DNA of 64,000 nucleotides, from positions 87,358,001-87,422,000 of the forward strand of contig NC_043000.1 in NCBI RefSeq assembly GCF_006345805.1, written 5' to 3'. Numbering within the stretch: position 1 is the first letter of the stretch; the number at the start of each line of letters is the position of its first letter. This document shows, piece after piece, positions 41,363 to 55,705 of this stretch. The stretch comes from Octopus sinensis. Taxonomy: Eukaryota. The position numbers and the translations under genes are program-made. The notes beneath the pieces were generated by a model, which was given only the letters and a program-made list of their open reading frames with translations, did no database searches and was not told the DNA's origin.

Positions 41363-41410
41363 ATACACGCGCTGACAAAAGAAACGAATTCTTCTGGGGC
41401 TGCTTAAGAT
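41363..41410 (-). CDS. Candidate 48-nt exon (phase 1-1: LKQPQKNSFLLSARV)
   Basis: Acceptor T12-GCTTCTTTTAG; donor GTGAGT overlaps a (GT)n tract, so it may be incidental; two frames are open. Confidence 0.4.
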
Positions 41411-41694
41411 CTAAAAGAAGCAAAAAAAAAAAAGGCAGATAACGCTAATTATGTTTGTCGACCAACATCTTTGGACAATAAGAAAATACAGCTTGAAGCA
41501 GATCTGTTCTTTAAAACCCAAACGCTAAACGCAACACAGTTCTTTCGGTCACAGATGATGTATTTTTCACAAATTAGAAACATATCTTGGTAAGAAAATT
41601 CCAAGTTGTCTACATAATTTTGTCTTATGTAATATTTTTATCCATCAGTCATTGAAACCGAGATAATTTGTTGATTAATATGGCTTATCTATTA

Positions 41695-42420
41695 AGGCCG
41701 CGAGCTGGCAGAATCGTTAGCACGCCGGGCGAAATGCTTTGCGGTATTTCTTCTGCCGCTACGTTCTGATTTCAAATTCCGCCGAGGTCGACTTTGCCTT
41801 TCATCCTTTCAGGGTCGATTAAATAAAGTACCAGTTACACACTGGGATCGATGTAATCGACTTAATCCATTTGTCTGTCCTTGTTTGTCCCCTCTGTGTT
41901 TAGCCCCTTGTGGGTAGTAAAGAAATAGGTATTTTGTCTGCCGTTACGTTCTGAGTTCAAATTCTGCCGAGGTCGACTTTGCCTTTCATCCTTTCGGGGT
42001 CGATTAAATAAGTACCAGTTATGCACTGGGGTCGATGTAATCGACTTAATCCGTTTGTCTGTCCTTGTTTGTCCCCTCTGTGTTTAGCCCCTTGTGGGTA
42101 GTAAAGAAATAGGTATTTCGTCTGCCAGAAGGCGCGTTGAGCTGGCAGAAACGGTAACACACCGGGCAAAATGCGTAGCCGTATTTCGTCTGCCGTTACG
42201 TTCTGAGTTCAAATTCCGCCGAGGTCGACTTTGCCTTTCATCCTTTCGGCGTCGATAAATTAAGTACCAGTTGCGCACTGAGGTCGATGTAATCGACTTA
42301 ATCCGTTTGTATGTCATTGTTTGTCCCCTCTGTGTTTAGCCCCTTGTGGGTTGTAACGAAATAGGTATTTCGTCTGTCAAATTCCGCCGAGGTTGACTTT
42401 GCCTTTCATCCTTTAGTGCG
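41695..42420 (+). mobile_element. Cluster of four tandem or nested tRNA-SINE copies (two full, two partial)
   Basis: GAGCTGGCAGAA...GTTCTGAGTTCAAATTC(C/T)GCCGAGGTCGACTTTGCCTTTCATCCTTT repeated near 41700, 41945, 42135 and 42378. Confidence 0.88.
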
Positions 42421-42879
42421 ACTTAATTGCACTAGTCCCCGTCAATCCCTGCATATTTAATTTGCTAATCGATACACATGAATCTTTCCATGTTAAGAAG
42501 AACGCTTTCAGCTTCCAATACTCTGGGTATTATCTATTCGTCTTGACTAAGACGACCATACAGACCACATGAATTTGTTACCTCTAAGCCAAATTATCCT
42601 CAACTGTAGATAACTTACCACTATCTCTACCAGATAACTCATAGAAAAAAGTATAATTTGACGTTGGGGAAATCCAAAGGGTGCTTGTCAGAAAATTAGA
42701 ACCACTTAAGAAGGTTAGTGCTCCGTCTCTGTTAGCTACTTCCACATAATCCAACATGTAACAAAGTTACCATTCATTCAACGTCTGTTCAAATGGTCGC
42801 CAGTTTGAAAGCACTACCATCCTACTATCTCCACTATTGCTAAACCACAGACAAGAAATAATATTTCGAATAAATATTA

Positions 42880-43310
42880 CTGGAAATGAGAAATGGACAC
42901 GAGGAAGCAGCAACTTCGGAAATAAAGAAATTAGCTATACGGATGAAAAAATGAGTACAAATAGCAACAAATATTGCAACATAACTTCTCCGAAAAGCAT
43001 CTATTAACGTCATGAAATAACCATGAAGAAAATATTGAATAAATTTTAAGAACAAATGAGGAACCTTCTCAAGTATATTCATATAAATAATGCATTGAAT
43101 TACGTGTGAAATTATTGAGAAATATGCAGCGCACGAAACTCTCCTATCAGCTGTCAAAATGGAGAAAATGAAGTGTTTTGGTCACGTAACAGGTCAACAT
43201 GACACCATACTTTCAGCGAATATAATTATGCACGGAGAAATCCCCGGAAAAGGAGGAAAAAGAAGACCATCAGAAAAGAGATAGCGACAAAGATGATTAA
43301 AACTTGAGGT
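42880..43310 (+). mobile_element. RTE-clade LINE 3' fragment
   Basis: HETLLSAVKMEKMKCFGHVTGQHDTILSANIIMHGEIPGKGGKRRPSEKR, resembling RTE KLKWFGHV...ILQG...GKRRRGRP. Confidence 0.65.
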
Positions 43311-45245
43311 TTGATGATATTCAGGAAAAATGGAGGGTAAGGCCACATCTCTTGATGTGCATCTACGGCCTCTCTAAACAATGAATTTTTGATTAACTAA
43401 TTATTGAAATGTCATTCATTTTTTTTGGTCATATGTAATAATTATATATTTCAAATATTTGTGTTAATCATCCAGAAATAACCAAATCTAAACAGAGAAA
43501 TAGAAAACAAGTCAAGTCACCTTCGTTTAGTTTTTCCTATTCCTATAAATGAGAAGCAATACAAAAGTAAATCATACCATCCACCCATATTTGGAATTTA
43601 ATAATTAAAAATTACGGAAAAGGAGTGTAAAAAAATAAAAGAGAAAAGCATGAAAAGATATGTTTTTATACTACATATTACAGTGAACTGATCAGTTAGA
43701 AATAGTAGTGAAATCTCCGTCAAATCAAATTAAGCCGTTTTAAACAAGAAGCGACGCCTTGATAATGTAGTCTTGATGACATGTGAATGTTCGGGAAGGT
43801 CATGGCAGGAATGCTTTACCAAAAACGGAGACTACGTCATCATCCACGCACAATGTTTGAAGAGGAAGTAACTTTAATATGAAAGTAACTTAGATCCCAT
43901 AATTCTACCTAATTTAAACAGATACAATCTTAAAGCTGAAAAAGATAGTAATAAATAGAAAACTCGAGAAAAAAGGAATACATAACTAAAATATAAACGT
44001 AAACAAGAAACAATCAACAAGAAATAAAATATTTATATTATACAACATTGCTGCATGTGTCAAGTCGATCTTATTGAGAAATTAATTCAGGGAGATCGGT
44101 CGATGTACAGCAGAAGGATAAGCATAACAAAATCAAAGAGTAATGTAGATTCAGAATATTAACCTATGAAATCCGAATGAAAACAACTCAAATAAATATA
44201 ACTATAAACATGAATATAAGAAAGATGTAATATTAGAAAACTTTAAAGCCAGACATTCTGGATTTGACAAAAAATATAAAAGTAGAAATAACAAAAAGTC
44301 GACAGATCTTCCGATAAACAATGAAAGACACTCCTAAAGATAAAACTTAACCATGAAGTACGGAAATATAAAATATGACCTTCGTAAATATAGATTGATT
44401 GAAAACAAATATAAATACCAATGGTACCAAAAGGAATCACTGCAATAACCACGGTAGTCAGAAAGGAAAGCTTGTATTCATTCACAACTAAGTATATAGA
44501 AATATCTAATCCCCACCTCCCCAAAAAACAGCATAGAAAATGACCCTGTTTAGAAAGTTAGAAAATATAAGAAATACTTTTCAATCCTTGTTGAAATCAA
44601 CGAAGGATAATGAGGAAAGAGGGAGAGAGAAAAGGGAAGAGAGAGAGAAAGAAAGAGAGAAATGCAATCCCCAAAAGGAAAAGAGTAAATAAGAACCGAA
44701 ATACTAACTTTACCTTCAACAAGAGATCCTCACTATATAGCAATGAATCTGCTATGGAAACAACAACAACTAGTTATACAAAACAATCAGTTCGACTCCG
44801 GCTCAAAACATTCTTATCGTATAGCGAAGGGATCATCACAATTGTTCAAGATAACAATTTTAATTTAGGTGCAAATATAGTACATGACAGCGACTTAAAC
44901 ACAATCGTCTAAGATATGCCTGTCTAAACTAACTAACAAAGAAACCAAGGTAAACTGTCGTAATATCATAATGAAGTAATGGACAGAAAACTACATTCAC
45001 ACTGATAAACATCTGAATCCCATCTAACCAAAATATTGCTCTAAAAGAAGAGAAAAAAAATCGCAAACTACGGATCTTGAAATCGAAATATTTAAAAGAC
45101 CATACTGTGACACATGCTGGTTTGTACATATATGTATGTTCTCTTTCTCTTTTAAATGTTAAATTAAGAACAAATTTTGACCGGCCACCTACTTCGTAGC
45201 AAGGTTGTGAGGGAAAGTATCCTCTTTTAACCATCATCCTTAAAA

Positions 45246-45460
45246 TCATAGGAAGGTCTTACAAATTTTTATAGTCCCAGATATCGTAATTATTTGTGGC
45301 ATATGAATTAAGGATTTGCATCCTTTCCCTAAGTTCCCAAGTTCAGTCATACTTTGCTCCACACGGGCTGGTCCGATAATAATAGGTATGAAACTGAAAG
45401 TGTATCTTAAGTCCTTATCAATGGTTCTCTTTCTCTTGTATTTTTCTAACCACATTCGTA
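45246..45460 (-). mobile_element. R4/Dong-like extreme 3' fragment
   Basis: FSFIPIIIG...GTIKICKTFL matches the end of ORF 39982-40920. Confidence 0.75.
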
Positions 45461-46100
45461 TCTAGAGGGCAGTTGATTTCCACAACGATATCCGGCTAGT
45501 TGTGTTTTAAGTTGGTGGCTGTTTTAATTTTTATGTTCCACTAATATTCTTTTGACCCATTAATCTCTATACAGTCACCTTCATTCGTAGGTATTTTCAT
45601 TTTTCTAATCCTGTGGCAGACCGTTCTGGCCACCAAATTAAGGCCTGATGGGAAGATAATATCTGGACGACATTCTCGCAGTTGGCAATAATGTGACCAA
45701 TGTCTTCAGTCTTTTGTACGTAGGCATGTATGTATGTATGTATGTATGTATGTATGTATGTATGTATGTATGTATGTATGTATGTATGTATGTATGTATG
45801 CATGCATTCTTTTAGTCTTTTACTTGTTTCAGTCAGATGACTGCGGCCATGCTGGAGCACCCTCTTAAAGGGATTTAGTCGAACAAATCCACTTCAGAAC
45901 ATATTCTTTGTAAGCCTAGTACTTAACCTATCGCTCTCTTTTGCTGAACCGCTAATGTACAGTGACGTAAACACACCATGATTGATTATCAAGCGGTGGC
46001 GGGGGGATAAACACAGGTTGAAAGACACAGGCAAATATGTATTCATATATATGCGTGTATATATGTGTATGTATAGACCCCCCACATATATATACATATG

Positions 46101-46164
<64 letters not shown>

Positions 46165-46727
46165 GAAAAAAGCAAGAAAAAACACAAAATAAGACAAGAA
46201 CGCGAGGACGTGGGACATGCAAAGTAATAAATGACGCTCAGGGAAGAAAAGAAAGAGTGCTTTACGTTTCGAAGAAAACTCTTCTTTATTACAGGAGACA
46301 GAAGAAAGTCCAAGAGAGAAGGAGACGGAAGAAAAAAAATCGCTAACAATTCATGACAATTTCTGTCTGTCTATTACCAACTTATGCCTAAACCACCGAA
46401 CCAAAATTCACGAAACTTTGCATATATTTGACGCTAACATCCAGTTCAATAATAAGCCTATTGTATTTCAATAAAAATCTATAATGTGCCCCCATGGGCA
46501 TTGGGCGAATTATATGATAAAAAATGAGGAGGTTGCAAAAAGTATAAATCAGCGGTAGTAACAGAAAGAGAGAGAGAGAGAGAGAGCGACTTATGTCAGT
46601 GAAGGTGAGAACAGCAGTGGAATGGAATGGTAATATTAATAAATCTGCCATATACACGCGACGCTGCATACATACTTTCGTAAATACATAGATACAACAC
46701 ACACACACACGCACACACGCACACACA

Positions 46728-46758
<31 letters not shown>

Positions 46759-47693
46759 CAGAGAAAAAGGTGGTGTGGGAAGAATACGTAGCTTTAAGGA
46801 GGAGGTAGGTGACTTTTCTGCTGTCCATCGCAAAAAAGCACTCACACACACAGACACACACATGCATACAAACGTACATACATACACATGTCTACTATAC
46901 GCCATTTTAAATACGTGATTACCTGTGTGTACGTTTGTAAATATGTGTGTTTGTGTGTGTGTCACGTCCTATAACTGTCTGTCTCTACTTTCGTAGGGTC
47001 TTCCCTGTTGCTGTCACTTATTGTTAGATTTTAAAATTACGTCAAAATTTTCAAATTTGGTATATTGAAATAATTTCCCACGATAAATACGATTTTGCTA
47101 TTTATTTGTTCCTAACATCTAGTTAAATTATAGGCAAATTGGATATCGATAAAAATCTATAATGGTTTCCCTAGGGAGTGGGGCTGTAGCACATGTTTAC
47201 AAATCAACTAAGATAAGCTACGACACGCGACAACGCCAGCTACAATATGCGAACTATTTGTCAATGTATTTGTAAATCTATCTATCTAATTTATTTTGCT
47301 CAGATGCATATGCGTTTGTTAAAATAATATAAGGACATTTCTTATTTACCCACTAATCGAATTAATAGTTTATAATACCTATTTTTAGCAATAAACTATT
47401 GCTATTGGGCATAAAGACAGGAACTGAACAGGAAACGGAACAGGACATGGAAGAGTGTTATGGTAAACTTGAACTAGGGATAACCCCCGCTTTCCCGGTA
47501 TTACCGGTCAACTCATTTATTTTACTCAGATGCATATTCGCTTATTAAAATAATAGAGCAACATCTCTTATTGACCCACTAGTCGTATTAATAGTTTGTA
47601 ATACCGATTTTTAGCAATAAACTATTACTATAAAGGTTAATAAAATAATTAATGGCTTAATTACACCTGATTCTATAATTTATATATTGGCAT

Positions 47694-47856
47694 AGGCGCA
47701 GAATTAGTGTATGGTAAGAAGCTTGCTTCCCAACAACATGGTCCCGGGTTCAGTCCCACTGCGTGGCACCTTGGACAGGTGTCTTCTACTATAGCATCGG
47801 GTCAACCAAAACCTTGTACGTGAATTTCGGAGACAGAAACTGGAAGAAACATGTCG
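47694..47856 (+). mobile_element. tRNA-derived SINE
   Basis: GGCGCAGAATTAGTGTATGGTAAG...GGGTTCAGTCCC head followed by a (TA)n tail. Confidence 0.78.
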
Positions 47857-47973
<117 letters not shown>

Positions 47974-48054
47974 ATATATAATATAATATATATGTATATA
48001 TGTATGTATATATATATGTATATATATATATGTATATATGTATATATGTATATG

Positions 48055-48086
<32 letters not shown>

Positions 48087-48192
48087 TATGTAATTATATA
48101 TATATGTATATATATATGTATATATATATATATGCATATATATATATGTATATATATATGTATATATATATATGTATATATATATATATGAG

Positions 48193-48223
<31 letters not shown>

Positions 48224-48280
48224 GGGTATATATATATGTATATGTATATATATGTATATATATATATATGTATATATATA

Positions 48281-48557
48281 AAATTAATTCGAGACAAAAC
48301 CACTATTTTGCAAATCAAACAAGGAAAGACTTAATCAATACATAAAAAATTTTAATATAAAGTAAATAAATCGCCACTACAATTGTTTCATGTCTTCAAA
48401 TGACATTCGTCAGGTGGATTTCCGATCTTCTATTCAGTTTTAATTTATGAAGTAGTTTTGTCTCGAATTAATATTATATAATATTTTACTATAAAATTGG
48501 ATTTAATCCTAAATCTGATTTTTTCCCTGTAATTTTGGATTTATTCCCTAATATTTA
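48281..48557 (-). mobile_element. About 280-bp non-coding PLE-derived unit in (TA)n, with 18-bp inverted repeat and intact HHR
   Basis: ATTAATTCGAGACAAAAC (48283-48300) and GTTTTGTCTCGAATTAAT (48455-48472); related fragments at 48896-49115 and 52351-52575. Confidence 0.75.
48374..48417 (-). ncRNA. Type I HHR, canonical core
   Basis: CCAC-CTGACGA-ATGTC-ATTTGAA-GACAT-GAAA-CAATTG-TA-GTGG. Confidence 0.88.
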
Positions 48558-48580
48558 TTATTATATGTATATATATATAA

Positions 48581-48691
<111 letters not shown>

Positions 48692-48721
48692 TATATATAT
48701 ATATATATGTATATATACATG

Positions 48722-48796
<75 letters not shown>

Positions 48797-48836
48797 ATAT
48801 ATATATATATATGTCTATATATATAGGTATATATAT

Positions 48837-48887
<51 letters not shown>

Positions 48888-48895
48888 TATTATAT

Positions 48896-49127
48896 TAAAT
48901 TAGAGATAAAACCACTATTATGCAAATCAAACAATTAAAAAAGCCAATACATAAAATTAATTTAATTTATATTATTTTAAATATATATCAAAAGTATTAA
49001 GTTTAGTAAAAGATAAAGAGTAAAACACTACGACCGTTTCATGGCTGTACAATTCGAATAACAATGATTTAAATTCAATTAATAATTCGAGTTATGGTTA
49101 CAGTCAATCTTCAGGTTAAATTATATA

Positions 49128-49159
<32 letters not shown>

Positions 49160-52100
49160 GGAATAAATATATATATATAGGAATAAACACCTAAAATACC
49201 TCAACAAAGTCAGCAAAGATATGAACAGTTTAGACGCTATCCTGGTCCAATCGGATAAAACCAGGAACACATATAAGCTAGCAAAGAACCAGTATTTAGA
49301 AATGCTCAAGAAAGAAATACATAAGAATTACAGAACAACAAATAGGAATACACTCAGACAAGCCAACTTAGAAAATCATGGAAACGTATGGATTTCAAAT
49401 GAAAACACAACCGCTGAACCCCAGACAACCAAGATTCATCGTTAAGGACCATAAACCAAACTTTCATACCATCCCGACATTAAGGCTCATATGCCCCTCT
49501 AGTTCCGACATCGATACCCTTAGTGAGTACATTTTAGATAAATACATACCTATATTAATCAATAAGTTAAAACTCAGCCTATGGTCTAACTCCACTCAAG
49601 TCGTAGAGTGGTTTTCTTCTATTACTAATAAGGACAGCACAAAATTCATTCAATTCGATATATCTAGTTTCTACCCTTCGATCAATCAACCCTAGTGTAC
49701 TCAATAAGGCCCTATGGCACGCACATAATAAGGCAGGCCTCTCAAGGGAGGAAATTAATGTAATTTTAGCGGCTAGAAAATCCTTCATACAGTTCGATGA
49801 AAAGTTATGGGTCCGCAGGGATACCCCCAACGCGTTCGATGTGCTAATGGGAAGTACAGATAGCGCTCAGATAGCCGATTTGGTCGGAATCTATATTCTC
49901 TATGAATTGGCCGACCAGTTCCCGGACATCTGCGGCGGTCTGTATCGAGACGATTGTCTACTTTACCTACAGAATGCTCCGAACAATATAATACAGAAGA
50001 CTAAAAACAGATTAGCTAGATTTTTTAGCAGAATGGGCTTGAGCATAGTTTTCGACGACGAATTAACTAAAGCCAACTTCTTAGATGTTACCCTAAATCT
50101 GCAGAATAATTCTTACTTCCCTTATCATAAGCCTTCTACTAATCTTAAATATATCAGCATTTTCAGTAACCATGCCAAAACTATCACCGATAAATTAGTT
50201 AAAAATATATCCTTAAGAATATCAAATTATCTGCTAATGTCGACATCTTTAACCAAAAAGCGGAATTTTATAACGCCGCCTTGTCAAAAGCGGTTATAGA
50301 GATGAGATATCATATATCGACACGGCCCATTCTAAACCGATATATGTTTCTCAGGATAAGAAAACTAATAACAATAGAAATAATGTAAATAATGATTTCA
50401 GCTCTAACAACGTCGACACCACTATACTTAACAAAAATAATTTACGGACCAGGGGAGGCAATCGGAAACCAACACCAATTCTCCAACACAGAAATACTCC
50501 CTTTAATGTAAATTGTAACACTCTGAACTATTCTAAGTAAAAGAAAAACTATATCTGGTTTGTCATTCCTTTCGGGAAACAAATCGGGTCTAACCTCCCT
50601 TTACAGTTCCGTGAAGCCGTAGCTAGGAACTTTCCCAGGAATTCTAGGTATTACTCTACTATCAATTCGCATAAGGTAAGGATTATATTCTCCAACACTA
50701 GAAATCTATCGCAGATCATTGTCTCCCATAATAACAAGCTGCTAAATAAGGACTCATCACCCGGGAGTAGCGACACTGCCCTTACCAATTCCAATCAAAC
50801 ATACAATAATTATAATAATAGAAATAGTATTGATAATGGCAACATTCATAGCAGCGTTGGCATTAACAATAGTAATATTAATAATAATATTAGTCGGATT
50901 ATTAACAGTGGTAGTGTTAATGGTAATAACGACAGCGTTTCTAATAACAGTGGTAGTATTGATGATAACAAACCCAGCATTCCTATAGTCAGGGAAGTTG
51001 CCGACGATAGTACAATAGTAATGATAATAATAGGAATAGTATTGTGGTCAATGCTAGCAATAATTCCGATTTTTGGTTAAAGATGTCGACATTAGCAGAT
51101 AAATTTGATAGTCTTAAGGATATATTTTTAACTAAATTATCGGTGATAGTTTTATCATAACAATAAAAACTCCGTCTTAGTCTCGGAGGTAAACCCTAAC
51201 AGATTAAAGTTCTTATCATCCAGCAATTCCAAAATTAGAAATTCCATTTACCAGTGCAAAATTTCTTCCGGTACCGATGTCTTCTTCTACATTGGGGCAA
51301 CTACTTCTAAATTAGCCCACAGGATCTCCAATCATTATTCAACTTTCCGAGATAAGAGAAAACAACACAGCACAGGACTAAGTAAATTAGTTTGGCGTCT
51401 TAAGGACAGCAATACAACTTTCAAGCTGCAATGGTCCATATTGTCTGTATCCTTTCCGTTTGATAAGGGCAGAAAATTTTGTGGCGTCTGTAATTCCGAA
51501 CTTTTCTATATATGTACGCCAAAGTCCCTTTAATAAATACAATGATCGAGAAATCCTATAGATGCATGCACTGGCAAAAACACACCTTTCACTCATATGA
51601 ATAATGATTAATATAGATAACCTCCTTGAATTTTAATAATATAGTCCCATTTATATATCACCCCCATAGTCAAATTTTTATACTCTTAAAGAACTACTAC
51701 CCAATCCATTGAGGTATGTTTTTACCTTTGTATCTCTACCTCACCCTCCTCTCTCTCTTTCCCTCTCTCTATCGTAAGCACAATCAAACACACAGACACA
51801 AACCTGTCACTTCACCACTGTCTGTTTTTGGAATCTACCCAACCACACACACAATCACGCACACACATACACACACATAGACATCAATGCAGTTATATAC
51901 ATACACACACATAGGCACTCATTCACAAAAGAAAACAACAAAGTCACCATTCATATGACCTGCACCTATCACCTTCCTTTTCTTAGGCCTCTCTCCTCCA
52001 ACCTTGTTTGAACCCTTGAACCTTCTAGAATCTTCTACATTCAACCATTTTTGACGTCACTGCTTATAACGAAATATTTTAAAGAAACACTCATTATCGC

Positions 52101-52292
52101 TATGGGCTCCGTGTGGGCAGTCATCTAAAAGTTTTTGTGCATCTTGATGCTGACATAAGTTCCTTGTTTTTCCTGATGAGAAGGCGGCATAATGCACCCC
52201 TTATTCCTTCGAAGTTAGGAATATGCAGCCTTCGAAACATATGTCGAAAATAAGGAATTTTGTTAATTCGTCGTTCAACTCCATTCTTTCTT
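48896..52292 (+). mobile_element. Penelope-type PLE, 5'-truncated, unit 1 of a tandem duplication
   Basis: KDHKPNF..RLICPS; IQFDISSFYPSI; MGSTDSAQIADLVG; GLYRDD; FLDVTLNL. GIY-YIG at 51240-51604 (frameshifted); 3' HHR. Confidence 0.92.
52160..52257 (+). ncRNA. Type I HHR with long stem I and extended branched stem II (copy 1)
   Basis: TTCCTTGTTTTTC-CTGATGA-GAAGGC...GCCTTC-GAAA-CATATG-TC-GAAAATAAGGAA. Confidence 0.9.
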
Positions 52293-54683
52293 ATATATAT
52301 ATATATATTGTATATATATATATATATGTATATATATACATATATTATATTAAATTAGAGATAAAACCACTATTATGCAAATCAAACAATTAAAAAAGCC
52401 AATACATAAAATTAATTTAATTTATATTATTTTAAATATATATCAAAAGTATTAAGTTTAGTAAAAGATAAAGAGTAAAACACTACGACCGTTTCATGGC
52501 TGTACAATTCGAATAACAATGATTTAAATTCAATTAATAATTCGAGTTATGGTTACAGTCAATCTTCAGGTTAAATTATATATATATGTATATATATATA
52601 TATAGGAATAAATATATATATATAGGAATAAACACCTAAAATACCTCAACAAAGTCAGCAAAGATATGAACAGTTTAGACGCTATCCTGGTCCAATCGGA
52701 TAAAACCAGGAACACATATAAGCTAGCAAAGAACCAGTATTTAGAAATGCTCAAGAAAGAAATACATAAGAATTACAGAACAACAAATAGGAATACACTC
52801 AGACAAGCCAACTTAGAAAGTCATGGAAACGTATGGATTTCAAATGAAAACACAACCGCTGAACCCCAGACAACCAAGATTCATCGTTAAGGACCATAAA
52901 CCAAACTTTCATACCATCCCGACATTAAGGCTCATATGCCCCTCTAGTTCCGACATCGATACCCTTAGTGAGTACATTTTAGATAAATACATACCTATAT
53001 TAATCAATAAGTTAAAACTCAGCCTATGGTCTAACTCCACTCAAGTCGTAGAGTGGTTTTCTTCTATTACTAATAAGGACAGCACAAAATTCATTCAATT
53101 CGATATATCTAGTTTCTACCCTTCGATCAATCAACCCTAGTGTACTCAATAAGGCCCTATGGCACGCACATAATAAGGCAGGCTCTCAAGGGAGGAAATT
53201 AATGTAATTTTAGCGGCTAGAAAATCCTTCATACAGTTCGATGAAAAGTTATGGGTCCGCAGGGATACCCCCAACGCGTTCGATGTGCTAATGGGAAGTA
53301 CAGATAGCGCTCAGATAGCCGATTTGGTCGGAATCTATATTCTCTATGAATTGGCCGACCAGTTCCCGGACATCTGCGGCGGTCTGTATCGAGACGATTG
53401 TCTACTTTACCTACAGAATGCTCCGAACAATATAATACAGAAGACTAAAAACAGATTAGCTAGATTTTTTAGCAGAATGGGCTTGAGCATAGTTTTCGAC
53501 GACGAATTAACTAAAGCCAACTTCTTAGATGTTACCCTAAATCTGCAGAATAATTCTTACTTCCCTTATCATAAGCCTTCTACTAATCTTAAATATATCA
53601 GCATTTTCAGTAACCATGCCAAAACTATCACCGATAAATTAGTTAAAAATATATCCTTAAGAATATCAAATTTATCTGCTAATGTCGACATCTTTAACCA
53701 AAAAGCGGAATTTTATAACGCCGCCTTGTCAAAAGCCGGTTATAGAGATGAGATATCATATATCGACACGGCCCATTCTAAACCGATATATGTTTCTCAG
53801 GATAAGAAAACTAATAACAATAGAAATAATGTAAATAATGATTTCAGCTCTAACAACGTCGACACCACTATACTTAACAAAAATAATTTACGGACCAGGG
53901 GAGGCAATCGGAAACCAACACCAATTCTCCAACACAGAAATACTCCCTTTAATGTAAATTGTAACACTCTGAACTATTCTAAGTAAAAAAAACTATATCT
54001 GGTTTGTCATTCCTTTCGGGAAACAAATCGGGTCTAACCTCCCTTTACAGTTCCGTGAAGCCGTAGCTAGGAACTTTCCCAGGAATTCTAGGTATTACTC
54101 TACTATCAATTCGCATAAGGTAAGGATTATATTCTCCAACACTAGAAATCTATCGCAGATCATTGCCTCCCATAATAACAAGCTGCTAAATAAGGACTCA
54201 TCACCCGGGAGTAGCGACACTGCCCTTACCAATTCCAATCAAACATACAATAATTATAATAATAGAAATAGTATTGATAATGGCAACATTCATAGCAGCG
54301 TTGGCATTAACAATAGTAATATTAATAATAATATTAGTCGGATTATTAACAGTGGTAGTGTTAATGGTAATAACGACAGCGTTTCTAATAACAGTGGTAG
54401 TATTGATGATAACAAACCCAGCATTCCTATAGTCAGGGAAGTTGCCGACGATAGTACAATAGTAATGATAATAATAGGAATAGTATTGTGGTCAATGCTA
54501 GCAATAATTCCGATTTTTGGTTAAAGATGTCGACATTAGCAGATAAATTTGATAGTCTTAAGGATATATTTTTAACTAAATTATCGGTGATAGTTTTATC
54601 ATAACAATAAAAACTCCGTCTTAGTCTCGGAGGTAAACCCTAACAGATTAAAGTTCTTATCATCCAGCAATTCCAAAATTAGA

Positions 54684-55049
54684 AATTCCATTTACCAGTG
54701 CAAAATTTCTTCCGGTACCGATGTCTTCTTCTACATTGGGGCAACTACTTCTAAATTAGCCCACAGGATCTCCAATCATTATTCAACTTTCCGAGATAAG
54801 AGAAAACAACACAGCACAGGACTAAGTAAATTAGTTTGGCGTCTTAAGGACAGCAATACAACTTTCAAGCTGCAATGGTCCATATTGTCTGTATCCTTTC
54901 CGTTTGATAAGGGCAGAAAATTTTGTGGCGTCTGTAATTCCGAACTTTTCTATATATTGTACGCCAAAGTCCCTTTAATAAATACAATGATCGAGAAATC
55001 CTATAGATGCATGCACTGGCAAAAACACACCTTTCACTCATATGAATAA
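54684..55049 (+). pseudogene. GIY-YIG endonuclease frame without ATG (absent from the ORF track)
   Basis: NSIYQCKISSGTDVFFYIGATTSKLAHRISNHYSTFRDKRKQHSTGLSKLVWRLKD...LQWSIL...CGVCNSE...CMHWQKHTFHSYE*. Confidence 0.85.
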
Positions 55050-55606
55050 TGATTAATATAGATAACCTCCTTGAATTTTAATAATATAGTCCCATTTATA
55101 TATCACCCCCATAGTCAAATTTTTATACTCTTAAAGAACTACTACCCAATCCATTGAGGTATGTTTTTTTACCTTTGTATCTCTACCTCACCCTCCTCTC
55201 TCTCTTTCCCTCTCTCTATCGTAAGCACAATCAAACACACAGACACAAACCTGTCACTTCACCACTGTCTGTTTTTGGAATCTACCCAACCACACACACA
55301 ATCACGCACACACATACACACACATAGACATCAATGCAGTTATATACATACACACACATAGGCACTCATTCACAAAAGAAAACAACAAAGTCACCATTCA
55401 TATGACCTGCACCTATCACCTTCCTTTTCTTAGGCCTCTCTCCTCCAACCTTGTTTGAACCCTTGAACCTTCTAGAATCTTCTACATTCAACCATTTTTG
55501 ACGTCACTGCTTATAACGAAATATTTTAAAGAAACACTCATTATCGCTATGGGCTCCGTGTGGGCAGTCATCTAAAAGTTTTTGTGCATCTTGATGCTGA
55601 CATAAG

Positions 55607-55705
55607 TTCCTTGTTTTTCCTGATGAGAAGGCGGCATAATGCACCCCTTATTCCTTCGAAGTTAGGAATATGCAGCCTTCGAAACATATGTCGAAAATAA
55701 AGGAA
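55607..55705 (+). ncRNA. Type I HHR (copy 2)
   Basis: Same as 52160-52257 with one extra A in the stem I 3' strand. Confidence 0.9.
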
